Shown: positions 1 through 10,141 of the stretch, piece after piece
How positions within the stretch are numbered: position 1 is the first letter of the stretch
Layout of the letters: each line of letters starts with the position of its first letter
NCBI GenBank assembly: GCA_964641255.1
Contig: CAZXMM010000001.1
Span: forward strand, 332,302 to 396,301
Length of the DNA: 64,000 bases
Direction of reading: 5' to 3'
DNA from: an uncultured Gammaproteobacteria bacterium
Lineage (GTDB): Bacteria > Patescibacteriota > Microgenomatia > JAMCZE01
Translations under genes and position numbers: made by a program
The notes under the pieces: generated by a model
The model's database searches: none
What the model was told of the DNA's origin: nothing
The model's input: only the letters and a program-made list of their open reading frames with translations

Positions 1-422
1 CAAAGAAACGAGATGTCATGGGACCCCAATTCCACTATGACTGTTTTATGATTGGACTGAGCGCTCCCCGAGCTTTGTTGGAACAGAAAATAGCCGCGCG
101 AATAGCCGCTCGTTTGTCAGGAGGTCTAGAAGCAGAGAGAGAAAAACTTTTAGCAGCGGGTTACGACCTCTCCCTGCCTAGCATGACAGCTCATGGCTAT
201 CAATCGATAAGTAATGAGGAGTGGAAAAGAGAGGAACTCGGCTATACTAAGCGCCAAATGACCTTCCTAAAGAAATTGTTTAGAGAAGCTGAGGCCAAAG
301 GCATTAAGACACTTTGGTGCGATATTACCCAAAAGCACTTCTCCAAGAAGGCTCTGACTCAGGTAGAGAAATGGTATAGTAATTCTGATGGTGCGAAAGA
401 AAATAAGTCGAGCTACCCCTAA
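1..422 (+). CDS. miaA: tRNA dimethylallyltransferase MiaA, C-terminal part (5' truncated by window edge)
   Basis: C-terminal sequence ...GYTKRQMTFLKKL... matches the conserved MiaA tail (YAKRQ.TWFR); ORF runs off the 5' edge of the window. Confidence 0.55.
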   Translation, partial: KKRDVMGPQFHYDCFMIGLSAPRALLEQKIAARIAARLSGGLEAEREKLLAAGYDLSLPSMTAHGYQSISNEEWKREELGYTKRQMTFLKKLFREAEAKGIKTLWCDITQKHFSKKALTQVEKWYSNSDGAKENKSSYP

Positions 423-897
423 AGAACAAACTCGCTACGGGCATTTCCTTGCTGAGGGAGAAGAAATTATTGCCGTCTTTGGTATTGGTAATAAGTATTT
501 TTGGCTAAATACCATTTCTCTTTTGCCCTTTGCACTGATTTTAATTGGTTTACCCTTTCTTCTTAAATTATTTCACTTGCGGCATAGTTATAAATACATT
601 TTGACCGACCGGCGGGTGCTGGTCAAAGACGGTGTTTTTTCGATCAAAATTACCTCCGCCCCTTATGACAAAATCACACACATTACTGTCAGGGAAGATT
701 TCTTTAAAAAACTGAGTTATCAGATTGGGGACATTACGATCCATACTGCTGGTCCGACTCCGGTAGAAATTGATCTGGTTAAGGTGCAAAACCCGATGCA
801 GGTAAAAAATCTCATCGAGGAACTGATTGTTAAAGAACGTACCTTGTTAGGGGTGATGCCAACAGGCAAAGGGGAGCCGTTAATTAAGCCCCTTTGA
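388..897 (+). CDS. bacterial PH-domain (bPH_2/YdbS-like) membrane protein
   Basis: Two predicted TM helices followed by the YILTDRRVLVKDG...ITHITV...GDITIHTAG pattern typical of bacterial PH domains; start overlaps miaA end, exact start uncertain. Confidence 0.5.
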   Translation: MVRKKISRATPKEQTRYGHFLAEGEEIIAVFGIGNKYFWLNTISLLPFALILIGLPFLLKLFHLRHSYKYILTDRRVLVKDGVFSIKITSAPYDKITHITVREDFFKKLSYQIGDITIHTAGPTPVEIDLVKVQNPMQVKNLIEELIVKERTLLGVMPTGKGEPLIKPL

Positions 898-939
898 TTT
901 GGGTTGTCTTTTTGTCACAGTACTGTATAGAATAGTTGT

Positions 940-1344
940 ATGGATCAAAAAATCGCCCATAGCAAAAAAGTTCTTTTAGTTGATGATGCTGCCGAGATTC
1001 ACGCCATGTACGGTGTAGAGCTTAAGGGTAAAGGCTACAGTTTGGTCGAAGCTTTTGATGGTGAAGAAGGGCTAGTCAAGGCTAAATCAGAAAAACCCAA
1101 CCTGATCCTCCTTGATATCATGATGCCCAAAATGGACGGTATTGCCCTATTGTCTAAACTGAAAGAAGACTCGGATCTTAAAGCAATCCCCGTCATCATG
1201 TTGACCAATTATGGTCAGGAGAACCTAATCCAACAGGCATTTAATCTCGGGGTCAGCGAATACCTATTAAAATACAAAGTGACTCCGGCCGAAATGGTAG
1301 ACAAGGTCAAACAAATGTTTGACGCGGCGCCGGTACAACTCTAA
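940..1344 (+). CDS. single-domain response regulator (CheY-like receiver)
   Basis: LLVDDA...D (phospho-acceptor in LILLDIMMP)...K pattern of REC domains; no output domain. Confidence 0.8.
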   Translation: MDQKIAHSKKVLLVDDAAEIHAMYGVELKGKGYSLVEAFDGEEGLVKAKSEKPNLILLDIMMPKMDGIALLSKLKEDSDLKAIPVIMLTNYGQENLIQQAFNLGVSEYLLKYKVTPAEMVDKVKQMFDAAPVQL

Positions 1345-1349
1345 TTAGC

Positions 1350-3077
1350 GTGCCAGTTATCCTGCCTAGTGAATTTTCACTTTACTTCATGATGTTTGCA
1401 GCTCTTATGCTGCTAGTGGCACTATGGCAAATTGTTGTTAATCGTCGCGACCTAAGCAGAAAACAGAAAGAAATTGAACAGCGGGTGTATGAAACCAAGA
1501 TCCTTCAAGAGATCGGCGAGCGCATTGGTTACGAACTCAACATCAGCCGGATCCTCGACACAATTATTGAGTCACTAGAGCGTCTTATTCCCTTCTCCTT
1601 CGTGGGCTATATGCTTATTCAGCCTGATGAGGAAAGTGTACTTTTCCGCATGCATATAGAAGACACAGTGAGTAAGAGTTTCATCGATACAACCAAGGCT
1701 CACATGATGGAAACTCTGGAAAAAATCAGCAATAAAACTTACGGGCAGGATCAATTGATCGAAAAAGTAACAGGCACAATTATTGACGAGACTAGTAAAG
1801 AGGGGGTGGCCTCACTGTGGGTCACTCCACTACTGATAAATAGTCGGGGAATCGGGGTAATGGCGGTAGCCAGTCGCAAGAGCGGGCTTTACCAGGGTCC
1901 AGAGATGGAGATTTTAACTAAACTTCTTAGTCAAGCCAATCACGCTGTTAATAATTTAGAAGACGTCATTGGTTCAGAACAAAGAAAGATTAAGGCCATG
2001 GTGGCCTCGATTACCGATGGGGTTATCATGCTCGATCAGGATCTAAACTTAATCGTTATCAATGCGGCGGCAGCGACATTACTGGGTCTATCAACAGAGG
2101 ATAAAATTACCATTTTTGAAGTGGCCAAAAGTCTGGCTGACCGGGTTGACTTGCGGACCAAGATCGAGGAGAGTTCCCAGACTAACAAGATAGTGACTTT
2201 TGAAAATCTAGTAATCAATAACCGAATATCTCAAATTATTTTTGCTCCCGTTCATGATTCGTCTGCCAAGTTAGTTGGTACCGTTGTTATCTTTCATGAT
2301 GTTACTGCTCAAAAGCAGCTCGACCAAGTTCGTCAGGAGTTTACTGCCATGATGGTCCACGAACTTCGAGCCCCTCTGACAGTGGTTCGGGGAACTAGCG
2401 ACATGTTCGTTAATAATCCCCAGCTGGCATTAGAGCCACAAGGAAAAGAGCTACTACAAATGATGGAGAAATCAGCCACGACCATGCTAGATTTAGTCAA
2501 CAGTCTCCTAGACGTAGCCAAGATTGAGTCTGGCAAATTTCAGATCATTAAGTCGCCAAGTAGTTTGACTGAACTAATTGGCGACCGAGTCAGGTTTTTT
2601 GAACAGGCGGCTAAAGCTAAGTCGCTACAGATAGTAGCTAAGCTGCCTAGCGATTCTCTAGAGTTTTCTTTTGATAAAGACAGAATTGCCCAAGTTTTAA
2701 ACAATTTGCTATCAAATGCTATTAAATTTAGTTCGGTAGGGGGGACTATTAGTGTGGTGGCGCAACAAATTAAGACGAGTAGTGATATTGTTTGGCGGTT
2801 TGACTCACATCCCAGTGTCAGTGTGACTAGACCCAGTGTTCTGATTGCCATTAGCGACAGTGGTTCGGGAATTGCCGATAAAGAGATGGGGGAACTTTTT
2901 TCTAAGTTCCGTCAACTTAAAGAGGGTGTCCACACTTCCTCGGGAACCGGTCTTGGATTAGTTATTGCTAAAGGTATTGTTGAATCACACGATGGCCAAA
3001 TCGCAGTCGAATCCAAAATAAACGAAGGCTCTACCTTCTATGTGATTTTGCCGACTGATTCCACTCTTGACAACTAG
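1350..3077 (+). CDS. sensor histidine kinase (TM-GAF-PAS-HisKA-HATPase_c)
   Basis: N-terminal TM segment, H-box HELRAPLTVVRG, N/G boxes (LLSNAIKFS, SDSGSGI, GTGLGL); ORF starts with GTG, first ATG at 1386 is an alternative start. Confidence 0.8.
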   Translation: MPVILPSEFSLYFMMFAALMLLVALWQIVVNRRDLSRKQKEIEQRVYETKILQEIGERIGYELNISRILDTIIESLERLIPFSFVGYMLIQPDEESVLFRMHIEDTVSKSFIDTTKAHMMETLEKISNKTYGQDQLIEKVTGTIIDETSKEGVASLWVTPLLINSRGIGVMAVASRKSGLYQGPEMEILTKLLSQANHAVNNLEDVIGSEQRKIKAMVASITDGVIMLDQDLNLIVINAAAATLLGLSTEDKITIFEVAKSLADRVDLRTKIEESSQTNKIVTFENLVINNRISQIIFAPVHDSSAKLVGTVVIFHDVTAQKQLDQVRQEFTAMMVHELRAPLTVVRGTSDMFVNNPQLALEPQGKELLQMMEKSATTMLDLVNSLLDVAKIESGKFQIIKSPSSLTELIGDRVRFFEQAAKAKSLQIVAKLPSDSLEFSFDKDRIAQVLNNLLSNAIKFSSVGGTISVVAQQIKTSSDIVWRFDSHPSVSVTRPSVLIAISDSGSGIADKEMGELFSKFRQLKEGVHTSSGTGLGLVIAKGIVESHDGQIAVESKINEGSTFYVILPTDSTLDN

Positions 3078-3104
3078 CACCTAAGATTGTAGACTGCTAA
3101 TCCA

Positions 3105-5597
3105 ATGGATAAAGTGAGCGTATTACCGGTGGCACCCCTACGAGATGGACCCGTCTTTTCTTTTACTGATGTTCCTCTATTGTTTGGTCGAAGCAAATCT
3201 GTAGCCGCCCTAAAGAGTGCGGCCGACTCTAATAGGCTCATCTTTGTGACTGCCCAGAAAAACTTTCAAGATATGGAAAGTGGTCCGGACAATCTCTATG
3301 AAGTGGGTACCATCTGCCAAATCAAACACATTTTTTATAGCGAGAACGAGATAAATGTTTTAATTTCTGGGTTGGCGCGGGCGAGGGTCTTAAAATATGA
3401 TAATAATGAAACCTTTCTAACCGCGACTATTGAGGAGGTTCCGGATAATCTTGAAGCTCTAAGTAATGACCCCGAGGTGCCAGTGTTGGTCGCTCACATC
3501 CTCTCACAATTTCAGGCAGCCATTAAAATCGGCCGGACCTTCGATTTCTTTATTCTTCTAAAAATAACTTCCGGCCTTGGGCCAGCGGAGCTTGCTAATC
3601 AGATGGCGGCGATTCTTGATTTTACCCCGGGTGAGCGGCAGGAGCTATTAGAGCAGGTCGACGTCAAAGCCCGGTTGAAAAAAATTGCCGAACAATTAGC
3701 CAAAGAGATAAAAGTGGTCGAGCTTGAGCGGAAGCTAGTCACTGCCAGTCAGGCCAAATTTGATAAAAACGTCAAGAAAAATATTTTGGAAGAGCGAAAA
3801 AAGGCTATTGAGGATGAACTCGGTGAAATCAGTGAGGACGCTCAGGAAACTAACGAGCTTAAGTCTCGGGCCAAAAAAGCCAACATGCCGGAGGAGGTTT
3901 ATAAAAAAACCCTCAAGGAGATTAAACGCCTGGAGCAAATGAGTAACATGAACCCTGAAGCTGGCTATATTCGTACTTACGTAGATTGGCTTCTGGATAT
4001 GCCCTGGGCTAGTAGAGATGACAATAAGAGTAACATTAATGAAGCTCAAAAAATTCTTGACGAGGATCATTACGGACTGAGCAAGGTTAAAGAGCGGATT
4101 CTTGAATATCTAGCAGTACTAAAACTTAAACAACTGCAAGCGGCAGTTGAAGAGCAGGTACGAGCAGACGAATCTGACAGCGACCAGCCAGCTCCTGCCC
4201 CTAGCTTGCCTCTTCCTTCTAAGAAAAAGGAATCTTCTCCCACCATTCTCTGTTTTGTAGGTCCACCGGGGGTAGGAAAAACTAGCCTTGGTAAGTCCAT
4301 CGCTCGGGCTCTAGGGCGGAAATTTGTTCGGATTTCTCTAGGGGGGGTGCGGGATGAGGCCGAAATTAGGGGCCATCGCCGAACCTACGTTGGAGCCTTA
4401 CCGGGAAGAATTATTCAAGGAATTAAGCAGGCGGGAACTACTAACCCGGTTTTTATGCTCGATGAGATTGATAAGTTAGGAGCTGATTTTCGTGGTGATC
4501 CCTCAGCTGCCTTACTTGAGGCACTTGATCCTCAGCAAAATTCGGCATTTTCTGACCACTATCTAGAAGTGCCGTTTGATTTGTCAGAAGTAGTCTTTAT
4601 TACTACCGCCAATGTTTTAGAAACTATTCCCGCCGCTCTGTTAGACCGGCTAGAAGTAATTGAATTTCCGGGCTACACTCTAGATGAGAAATTTCACATT
4701 GCCAAAAAATACCTACTTCCTAAACAGCGAGAGGTCAACGGCTTAAAAGAGAGTGAGGTAGACATCCCCGACCAGACATTAAGAACTATCGTGTCTCGTT
4801 ACACCATGGAGGCGGGAGTTCGTAATTTAGAGCGGGAACTGGCAACGGTACTGCGCAAAGTGGCCAAAATCCAGGCCAGTGCCCCCAATAAAACAAAAAT
4901 TCGAGTCACCTCAGCTATGCTGCATAAGTATTTGGGTCCGTATAAGTTTACTTCCAATATTGCTGAGCGCAATGACGAGATCGGCTTAGCGACTGGACTG
5001 GCCTGGACCCAAGTCGGTGGCCATATCTTGTTTATGGAAGTAGCTACCATGCCGGGAAAAGGCAATCTGATCTTAACTGGACATTTGGGTGAAGTTATGC
5101 AGGAGTCGGCTAAGGCGGCTCTCACTTATGTTCGCAGTCGCTGGCAAGAACTGGGAATTGAGGAAAAAATGTTTGCCAAAATTGATATTCACGTCCACGT
5201 TCCCTCCGGGGCTACTCCTAAAGATGGTCCTTCCGCTGGGCTTGCTTTAACTACCGCCCTTGCATCAGCTGTGACCAAGATACCAGTTAAAAAATATGTT
5301 GCTATTACCGGAGAGGTAACTCTTCGGGGCACAGCCAATGAAGTGGGAGGCATCAAAGAGAAGATAATTGGGGCCCATTTGGCTGGAATAAAAACGGTCG
5401 TTTTACCAAAGGCTAATAAAAAGGATTTAGAAGAGATTCCCACTAAGATCCTTAAAGAGCTCGAGTTTAGATTTGTAGAGAATATGGATGAAGTGTTAGA
5501 CATTGCGCTAGTGCGCAAACCCACTGCCGGACTTCGGGCTAGGACTAGTCAACCATCAGCGGCTTTTGCCAAACTTGATTTACCCAAGATCAATTAA
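3105..5597 (+). CDS. lon: ATP-dependent protease Lon
   Basis: Lon N-domain, AAA+ Walker A GPPGVGKTS, protease Ser motif PKDGPSAGLAL and Lys downstream; 830 aa. Confidence 0.9.
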   Translation: MDKVSVLPVAPLRDGPVFSFTDVPLLFGRSKSVAALKSAADSNRLIFVTAQKNFQDMESGPDNLYEVGTICQIKHIFYSENEINVLISGLARARVLKYDNNETFLTATIEEVPDNLEALSNDPEVPVLVAHILSQFQAAIKIGRTFDFFILLKITSGLGPAELANQMAAILDFTPGERQELLEQVDVKARLKKIAEQLAKEIKVVELERKLVTASQAKFDKNVKKNILEERKKAIEDELGEISEDAQETNELKSRAKKANMPEEVYKKTLKEIKRLEQMSNMNPEAGYIRTYVDWLLDMPWASRDDNKSNINEAQKILDEDHYGLSKVKERILEYLAVLKLKQLQAAVEEQVRADESDSDQPAPAPSLPLPSKKKESSPTILCFVGPPGVGKTSLGKSIARALGRKFVRISLGGVRDEAEIRGHRRTYVGALPGRIIQGIKQAGTTNPVFMLDEIDKLGADFRGDPSAALLEALDPQQNSAFSDHYLEVPFDLSEVVFITTANVLETIPAALLDRLEVIEFPGYTLDEKFHIAKKYLLPKQREVNGLKESEVDIPDQTLRTIVSRYTMEAGVRNLERELATVLRKVAKIQASAPNKTKIRVTSAMLHKYLGPYKFTSNIAERNDEIGLATGLAWTQVGGHILFMEVATMPGKGNLILTGHLGEVMQESAKAALTYVRSRWQELGIEEKMFAKIDIHVHVPSGATPKDGPSAGLALTTALASAVTKIPVKKYVAITGEVTLRGTANEVGGIKEKIIGAHLAGIKTVVLPKANKKDLEEIPTKILKELEFRFVENMDEVLDIALVRKPTAGLRARTSQPSAAFAKLDLPKIN

Positions 5598-6928
5598 TTG
5601 CACTGAACTTGACTTGATGGAGAGAAACTAGAGTAAGTACCACAGTTGGCACAAGTAGAATAGGCGTACTGGGCGAAAGCTGTGGTTCCTTTAGCTAGCA
5701 CAAAACTAGTAGCCATATTTTGGGCTTGAGTCGGATTGCTGGGTAGACTGGTGGCGTCCCACAATTCATTTGTTCCTACAGAATAACCAAGCGTGACGCG
5801 GTATTGCTGCGGCTTATTCAAATTCCCCTGAGTATTGTAGGCAATATTTACCTGGTACATGTTATTTTGTTCATTCCCACAACTAGCAGTAATGGTTCCT
5901 CCCGGTGGAGTTTGAGCCGGAGTTTGGGCTTGAATCGAAAGTATCTCATTGGCGGCGGGAGCAGTCACTGTCAAAACTGGTGACTGGGAGTAAGGGACAC
6001 CGCTGACCCACAAGTAGCCTTGAATATCGTAAGAAGAGCCACTGGCGGCATTGTTCCAACTCCACGTCGCTCCATTGCTAGCACTCACACCACTAAAGAC
6101 TTGGTCAAACTTGGTGGTACCACTGGGGCGAATTGCCAAACTAACCGTGCTATTTTCTGGAATGGGTCCACTAAATTGCCAGGTTCCGGAAATGGAAACG
6201 ACAGCTGGGGTTGGCGGCGTTAGAGTGGAGTTGAGTGTCAGAGTTTCATTAGTGGCCGGGGCAGTAATGGTTTGAATACCAGACGACGCTATGGTTGCAG
6301 CTCCTTGCTGGACATAAGCTTGGATGTCATAAGCTTGGCCGGCCTGAGCGTTCGTCCAACTCCAAGTAGAGTGGTCAGTGGCAGCCAGTCCGGTCAGAGC
6401 CGGACTAAAGAGAAGGTCGCCGACCTTCCTAGCCCCGATTGTAATAGTAGCTCCGGGGGGAATGTAGCCGTTAAAATTAAATTTCCCCGAGATGCTCCTC
6501 GTTAAAGGAGTAGTCGGGGGGGTAGTGGTGGTAATCTTAACAATAGCTTGGTTTGAGGGGGCCACAATGGTAACAATTTCCGATTGATCAACCTTTTTTT
6601 CTCCGGACAAAATTGTGCCCTGGATTTCATAAGCGACCCCAGCCTTAGCACTCTCCCAACTCCAGGCGGTGCCATCCACTGCTGGGATGTTTTGCGCTAC
6701 AGTCGTGAAGTCGGTCATACCCACCTCTCTGGCTCCAATGGCAACGCTCGCTCCGGCGGGAGCTATTCCATTGATATCGATCACACCCGAAAGGGCTACT
6801 AAAGAATTAGCTATTGGGGTAGACTTTTGAGGTAAGGTGGTCTGGGGATTGAGGGCGAAAAAATAGACAAGAGCGCCAAAGATGAACAGTGACAAGACAC
6901 CAATGATAATTAGTAGAAACTTGGTCAC
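5594..6928 (-). CDS. membrane-anchored secreted repeat protein (three ~100 aa tandem beta-rich repeats plus Cys-containing C-terminal domain)
   Basis: N-terminal TM anchor; three repeats sharing SG.W.F.G.IP.G.T..IGAR.VG...F....(A/T)WSW.NA.AG..YDIQ...; Thr/Pro linkers; C-terminal segment with 5 Cys. Confidence 0.5.
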   Translation of the reverse strand: MTKFLLIIIGVLSLFIFGALVYFFALNPQTTLPQKSTPIANSLVALSGVIDINGIAPAGASVAIGAREVGMTDFTTVAQNIPAVDGTAWSWESAKAGVAYEIQGTILSGEKKVDQSEIVTIVAPSNQAIVKITTTTPPTTPLTRSISGKFNFNGYIPPGATITIGARKVGDLLFSPALTGLAATDHSTWSWTNAQAGQAYDIQAYVQQGAATIASSGIQTITAPATNETLTLNSTLTPPTPAVVSISGTWQFSGPIPENSTVSLAIRPSGTTKFDQVFSGVSASNGATWSWNNAASGSSYDIQGYLWVSGVPYSQSPVLTVTAPAANEILSIQAQTPAQTPPGGTITASCGNEQNNMYQVNIAYNTQGNLNKPQQYRVTLGYSVGTNELWDATSLPSNPTQAQNMATSFVLAKGTTAFAQYAYSTCANCGTYSSFSPSSQVQCN

Positions 6929-6978
6929 CTAAACAGTGTCTCCAATTACCCAGTGAGTGTCAATAAGTTAAATAACCC

Positions 6979-8148
6979 TTAGCCCGTGTGAAGAATCTTT
7001 TCGAGGTAGGGTGTAACACTCCACATAGTTTTTAGAGCCAGATACTCCTGGCGAGTCACTTTAGTATCGGCGGTGGCATTTTTTACCGCGCGAATCATTA
7101 AATTCTTTGCCGTGTGTTCGGAGGAAACAAATTGAACAACGTCGGCGCGGTAGTGTTCCTGCCTAAGAAGAAGGGTGCGAAACGTGTCTGTAAGGATATC
7201 CCCGAGACGTTCCCTTAAGATTTTCTCCCGCAGGATAGCCCCAATCGCTGGGGTATAGGTTTTTTGTTCCATTTGCACTTGTAGTTCGTGATGGCAACAG
7301 GGCACAGCGAAAATCATTTCGCTATCCCACTGCACTGCTTTGGCGAGGGCCTCGTCAGTGGCAGTATCACAAGCGTGGAGAGATAAAACAATATCCGGCT
7401 TAGAGAGGGGTGTGAAGTCAATAATTTTAGTTTCTACAAATTTCATATTTTGCCAATCCAACTCTTTGGCATGTCGGCGGTGGGTTTTTAGCAGATCGCC
7501 CCTGACATCAAGGCCTACAAGGGTGGTGGGGAGATGTAAAATTTCGTTAAAGTAATGGTACAGGGCAAAAGTTAAGTAAGCATTGCCACAGCCACAGTCG
7601 ACAATGGTCATACTACTTTTATGAGTAAGGTTAGTTCCTATGGCCAAAGACACCTGTTTGATAAATTCGTTAATTTGCTGGAATTTGCTTTGCATATCCG
7701 CTTTAATGCGTTCGTCTCTTGTCGCTATTCCAATAGTCTGAAGCATCAGAAGCGCATTCTCTAAATTGATCGGGTAGTTTTTATTGCGGTCATGACCCAG
7801 ATCCGGCTCAAGCGCCAGAGCGTGTTCACTCTCTTTGGCTTTATACCCTTTGCCACTGAGGGAGTAGGATAGCGTTTTTGTCCGAGTAACCACCTGGACT
7901 TGAGAAAAATTAGCCCCAGACAATTTTTTTATTTGCTGGTCAGCTTCGACAAAATCAAAGTTCTTCGTCAGATCCCGGCTATCATCAAAAAAAGAAAATT
8001 GAAAATGCAGCCGATTGCGAAGCAGTACAGGACGAATAGTTACTTTCCTCCACTGACTCTTATTTACTCCACTGAGAATAATCTTAATAAGGTCATTGGG
8101 ATTTAAGAGCTGAGCGCGGGCGAGATCAAGTATTTCCGGGTAGGTCAT
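6979..8148 (-). CDS. class I SAM-dependent methyltransferase (Methyltransf_32-like)
   Basis: SAM-binding motif IVDCGCGNAYLTFAL, acidic loop GLDV, downstream HACDTATDEAL and PCCHHEL motifs. Confidence 0.55.
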   Translation of the reverse strand: MTYPEILDLARAQLLNPNDLIKIILSGVNKSQWRKVTIRPVLLRNRLHFQFSFFDDSRDLTKNFDFVEADQQIKKLSGANFSQVQVVTRTKTLSYSLSGKGYKAKESEHALALEPDLGHDRNKNYPINLENALLMLQTIGIATRDERIKADMQSKFQQINEFIKQVSLAIGTNLTHKSSMTIVDCGCGNAYLTFALYHYFNEILHLPTTLVGLDVRGDLLKTHRRHAKELDWQNMKFVETKIIDFTPLSKPDIVLSLHACDTATDEALAKAVQWDSEMIFAVPCCHHELQVQMEQKTYTPAIGAILREKILRERLGDILTDTFRTLLLRQEHYRADVVQFVSSEHTAKNLMIRAVKNATADTKVTRQEYLALKTMWSVTPYLEKILHTG

Positions 8149-8159
8149 ATGACTACTGG

Positions 8160-8795
8160 TTAAATTTCAATAATTATGTTTTCCTGGGGAACAGTAAATG
8201 CTATTCCCTGGGATTTTAGGATTGTCTCCGGAAGCGTGTGGGTTGACCCTAGTGCCCGAAGCATTCCATCATGGACAGGGAAAGCCTGTTTGGGTTTAAT
8301 TTCCAGAGCGTAATCAATGGACTCAGACAGTTTGAGCCAAGGACCAGCTACCGGCAGGGCCAGAAGTTCAAGCTCTTTCTTAGGGTTAAAAAGACAATCG
8401 CCGGGATAAAAGAACTTTTCGTTAAAGAAATAGCCAGTATTATCAACGGGGGTGATTGTTCGATAAATTTCCGCGTGTTTTTGTCCAAAACCCTCAATAC
8501 GTAGGCCATTCAAACTAACACTTTGCCCGTGTTCTAGAAGTTGAGTCTTTATTCCTAAGAGAGCGAGTTTTGCTGTGACACCCCGATTAGTTATAACTTT
8601 AGCTCGGGGATTTTTAAGAAGAATGGTTCTCAATGAGTCTTCGTGAAAATGATCGGGGTGTTCGTGGGTAAAAAGAACGTAATCAATTTGTTCCAATTCA
8701 TTTTGCCCGGTCGTAAATATACCAGGATCGGTAAGAATCCTCAGACTAGCCTCCTCAATTAGTAAGCAGCAGCGACCGATTTTAGTAATTTTCAT
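8160..8795 (-). CDS. MBL-fold metallo-hydrolase
   Basis: HxHxDH motif (FTHEHPDHF) plus downstream His/Asp ligands; 211 aa. Confidence 0.75.
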   Translation of the reverse strand: MKITKIGRCCLLIEEASLRILTDPGIFTTGQNELEQIDYVLFTHEHPDHFHEDSLRTILLKNPRAKVITNRGVTAKLALLGIKTQLLEHGQSVSLNGLRIEGFGQKHAEIYRTITPVDNTGYFFNEKFFYPGDCLFNPKKELELLALPVAGPWLKLSESIDYALEIKPKQAFPVHDGMLRALGSTHTLPETILKSQGIAFTVPQENIIIEI

Positions 8796-8797
8796 AG

Positions 8798-9256
8798 TTA
8801 CTTAGTCAAATATTTTTCTTCCCAGGCTTTGATCACTGCTAGCGCCTCTGTTTCGTATTCTGGAACATATAATCTTTGAATGGGTTCGTTAAAAGAATCG
8901 ACAAGTTCACTTGTTGGAGAATGGGTCTCGTAGTAATCACCGGAGACCCTTGATTTTGGAACCGCGTATACGATTCGTCTTAGCTCTGACCAGTACGCAA
9001 CCCCAATACACATCAGGCATGACTCTAGTCCAATATACAAAGTGGCTCCCCGCAATGGCCCGATTTTGTTAAAAGCGGTAGTGATTGCCTTAGAGTCTGC
9101 ATGAAATAGACTTGGGTACGGACTACTAACTTCTGAAGCAATTATTTCACTATCTTTAACGATAATTGCCCCCGCAGGAAATCTACCCTCCTCAAACGAT
9201 TTGTGTGAGTTGGCAACCGCCATTTTTAAATAGTCCAAGTCGCTAGTGGTTAACAT
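8798..9256 (-). CDS. CDA-fold nucleoside/nucleotide deaminase-like protein with H-A-D variant of the zinc motif
   Basis: FHADSKAI (HAE-like, Glu replaced by Asp) and ESCLMC (PCxxC) zinc-binding motifs; paralog of 10142..10642. Confidence 0.55.
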   Translation of the reverse strand: MLTTSDLDYLKMAVANSHKSFEEGRFPAGAIIVKDSEIIASEVSSPYPSLFHADSKAITTAFNKIGPLRGATLYIGLESCLMCIGVAYWSELRRIVYAVPKSRVSGDYYETHSPTSELVDSFNEPIQRLYVPEYETEALAVIKAWEEKYLTK

Positions 9257-9274
9257 ACTAAGTCATTAATCTCA

Positions 9275-9829
9275 TTACAGGGCCGTTCTCTCAAAATATT
9301 CTAGCAGGTTGTTGAGAGGTGACTCTTTGCCAAGTTCTTTAGCAATTGGTAGGTAGTATTGGGTGGTTTCATTATAGTAATCCTGTTTTGCTTTTCTGTC
9401 AGTATAAAACGACGACCCGGTTAAGTTATCCAGTCGATCGGCTAGTTTAATGGTTAGAACAGCAGAGCGAATAGTTGGATTCTTACATTGGTGCATTCTA
9501 GCAAAGTATTCCGCTGTGTCCTTGGGATCAAACCCTTTATAGCCTTTCTTCTTGGTACAAAGATCCACTATTTCGGCGACAGTATTCCCAAAATTTTCTT
9601 TGACGTCACCCAGGGTGTAGGGTGTGTCCTCAATTACGTCGTGAAGAATGGCGGAAGTGAGGACTTCGTTTGACGATTGGCCCCAGTAAATGCACGTTTT
9701 ATAGACCGAATAGAGGTGCGTCCAATAGAGTTCTTTTCCCTGGGGCAGCGGAGAAAAGATGCGATAACGTTCTGGCTCGAGTTGGTAAACTAGGTCAAAG
9801 GCCTTTTGGATGCTTGTAGTCATGATCAA
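9275..9829 (-). CDS. small alarmone hydrolase (Mesh1/SpoT-hydrolase-like HD domain)
   Basis: ILHDVIEDT ... IKLADRLDNL closely match the (p)ppGpp hydrolase HD-domain signature of RelA/SpoT and SAH proteins; no synthetase domain. Confidence 0.7.
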   Translation of the reverse strand: MIMTTSIQKAFDLVYQLEPERYRIFSPLPQGKELYWTHLYSVYKTCIYWGQSSNEVLTSAILHDVIEDTPYTLGDVKENFGNTVAEIVDLCTKKKGYKGFDPKDTAEYFARMHQCKNPTIRSAVLTIKLADRLDNLTGSSFYTDRKAKQDYYNETTQYYLPIAKELGKESPLNNLLEYFERTAL

Positions 9830-10089
9830 TTATACGCTTCGTCGATATAACACCACCTCCAGCTTTCTCCTGGTTCGAATGATTGAATGATTGGATGGCC
9901 TGTTAAGTCAAAATGCTTCGTAGCGTGTTGGTTTTTAGAACTGTCACAACAACCAACGTGACCACAAATTAGGCAGAGGCGAAGATGTACCCACTCGTCG
10001 CCACTCTTGAGACATTCCTCACACCCATTAGGTGTCTTTGGTTTACTAGTGAGTGTTATCTGGGAGAGATGAGAACAGGATTTTTCCAT
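9826..10089 (-). CDS. UBP-type zinc finger (zf-UBP) protein
   Basis: CEECL...WVHLRLCLICGHVGCCDSSKNQHATKHFDLTGHPI...WRWCYIDE matches zf-UBP; internal Met (M48 of track ORF) used as start because the longer ORF overlaps the upstream deaminase gene; stop overlaps SAH start by 4 nt. Confidence 0.65.
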   Translation of the reverse strand: MEKSCSHLSQITLTSKPKTPNGCEECLKSGDEWVHLRLCLICGHVGCCDSSKNQHATKHFDLTGHPIIQSFEPGESWRWCYIDEAYN

Positions 10090-10141
10090 AAGTACTTTTG
10101 TGTCATTGCTGTCCCCATTATTAAGTCCCGTGGACAGTGCG

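Noticed and set aside
3735-5524. Antisense ORFs inside lon (and similar antisense ORFs inside the histidine kinase, secA, gltX, ddl, M23 gene etc.)
   Set aside because: Fully embedded in strongly conserved protein-coding genes on the opposite strand, low-complexity translations, no start-site signals.
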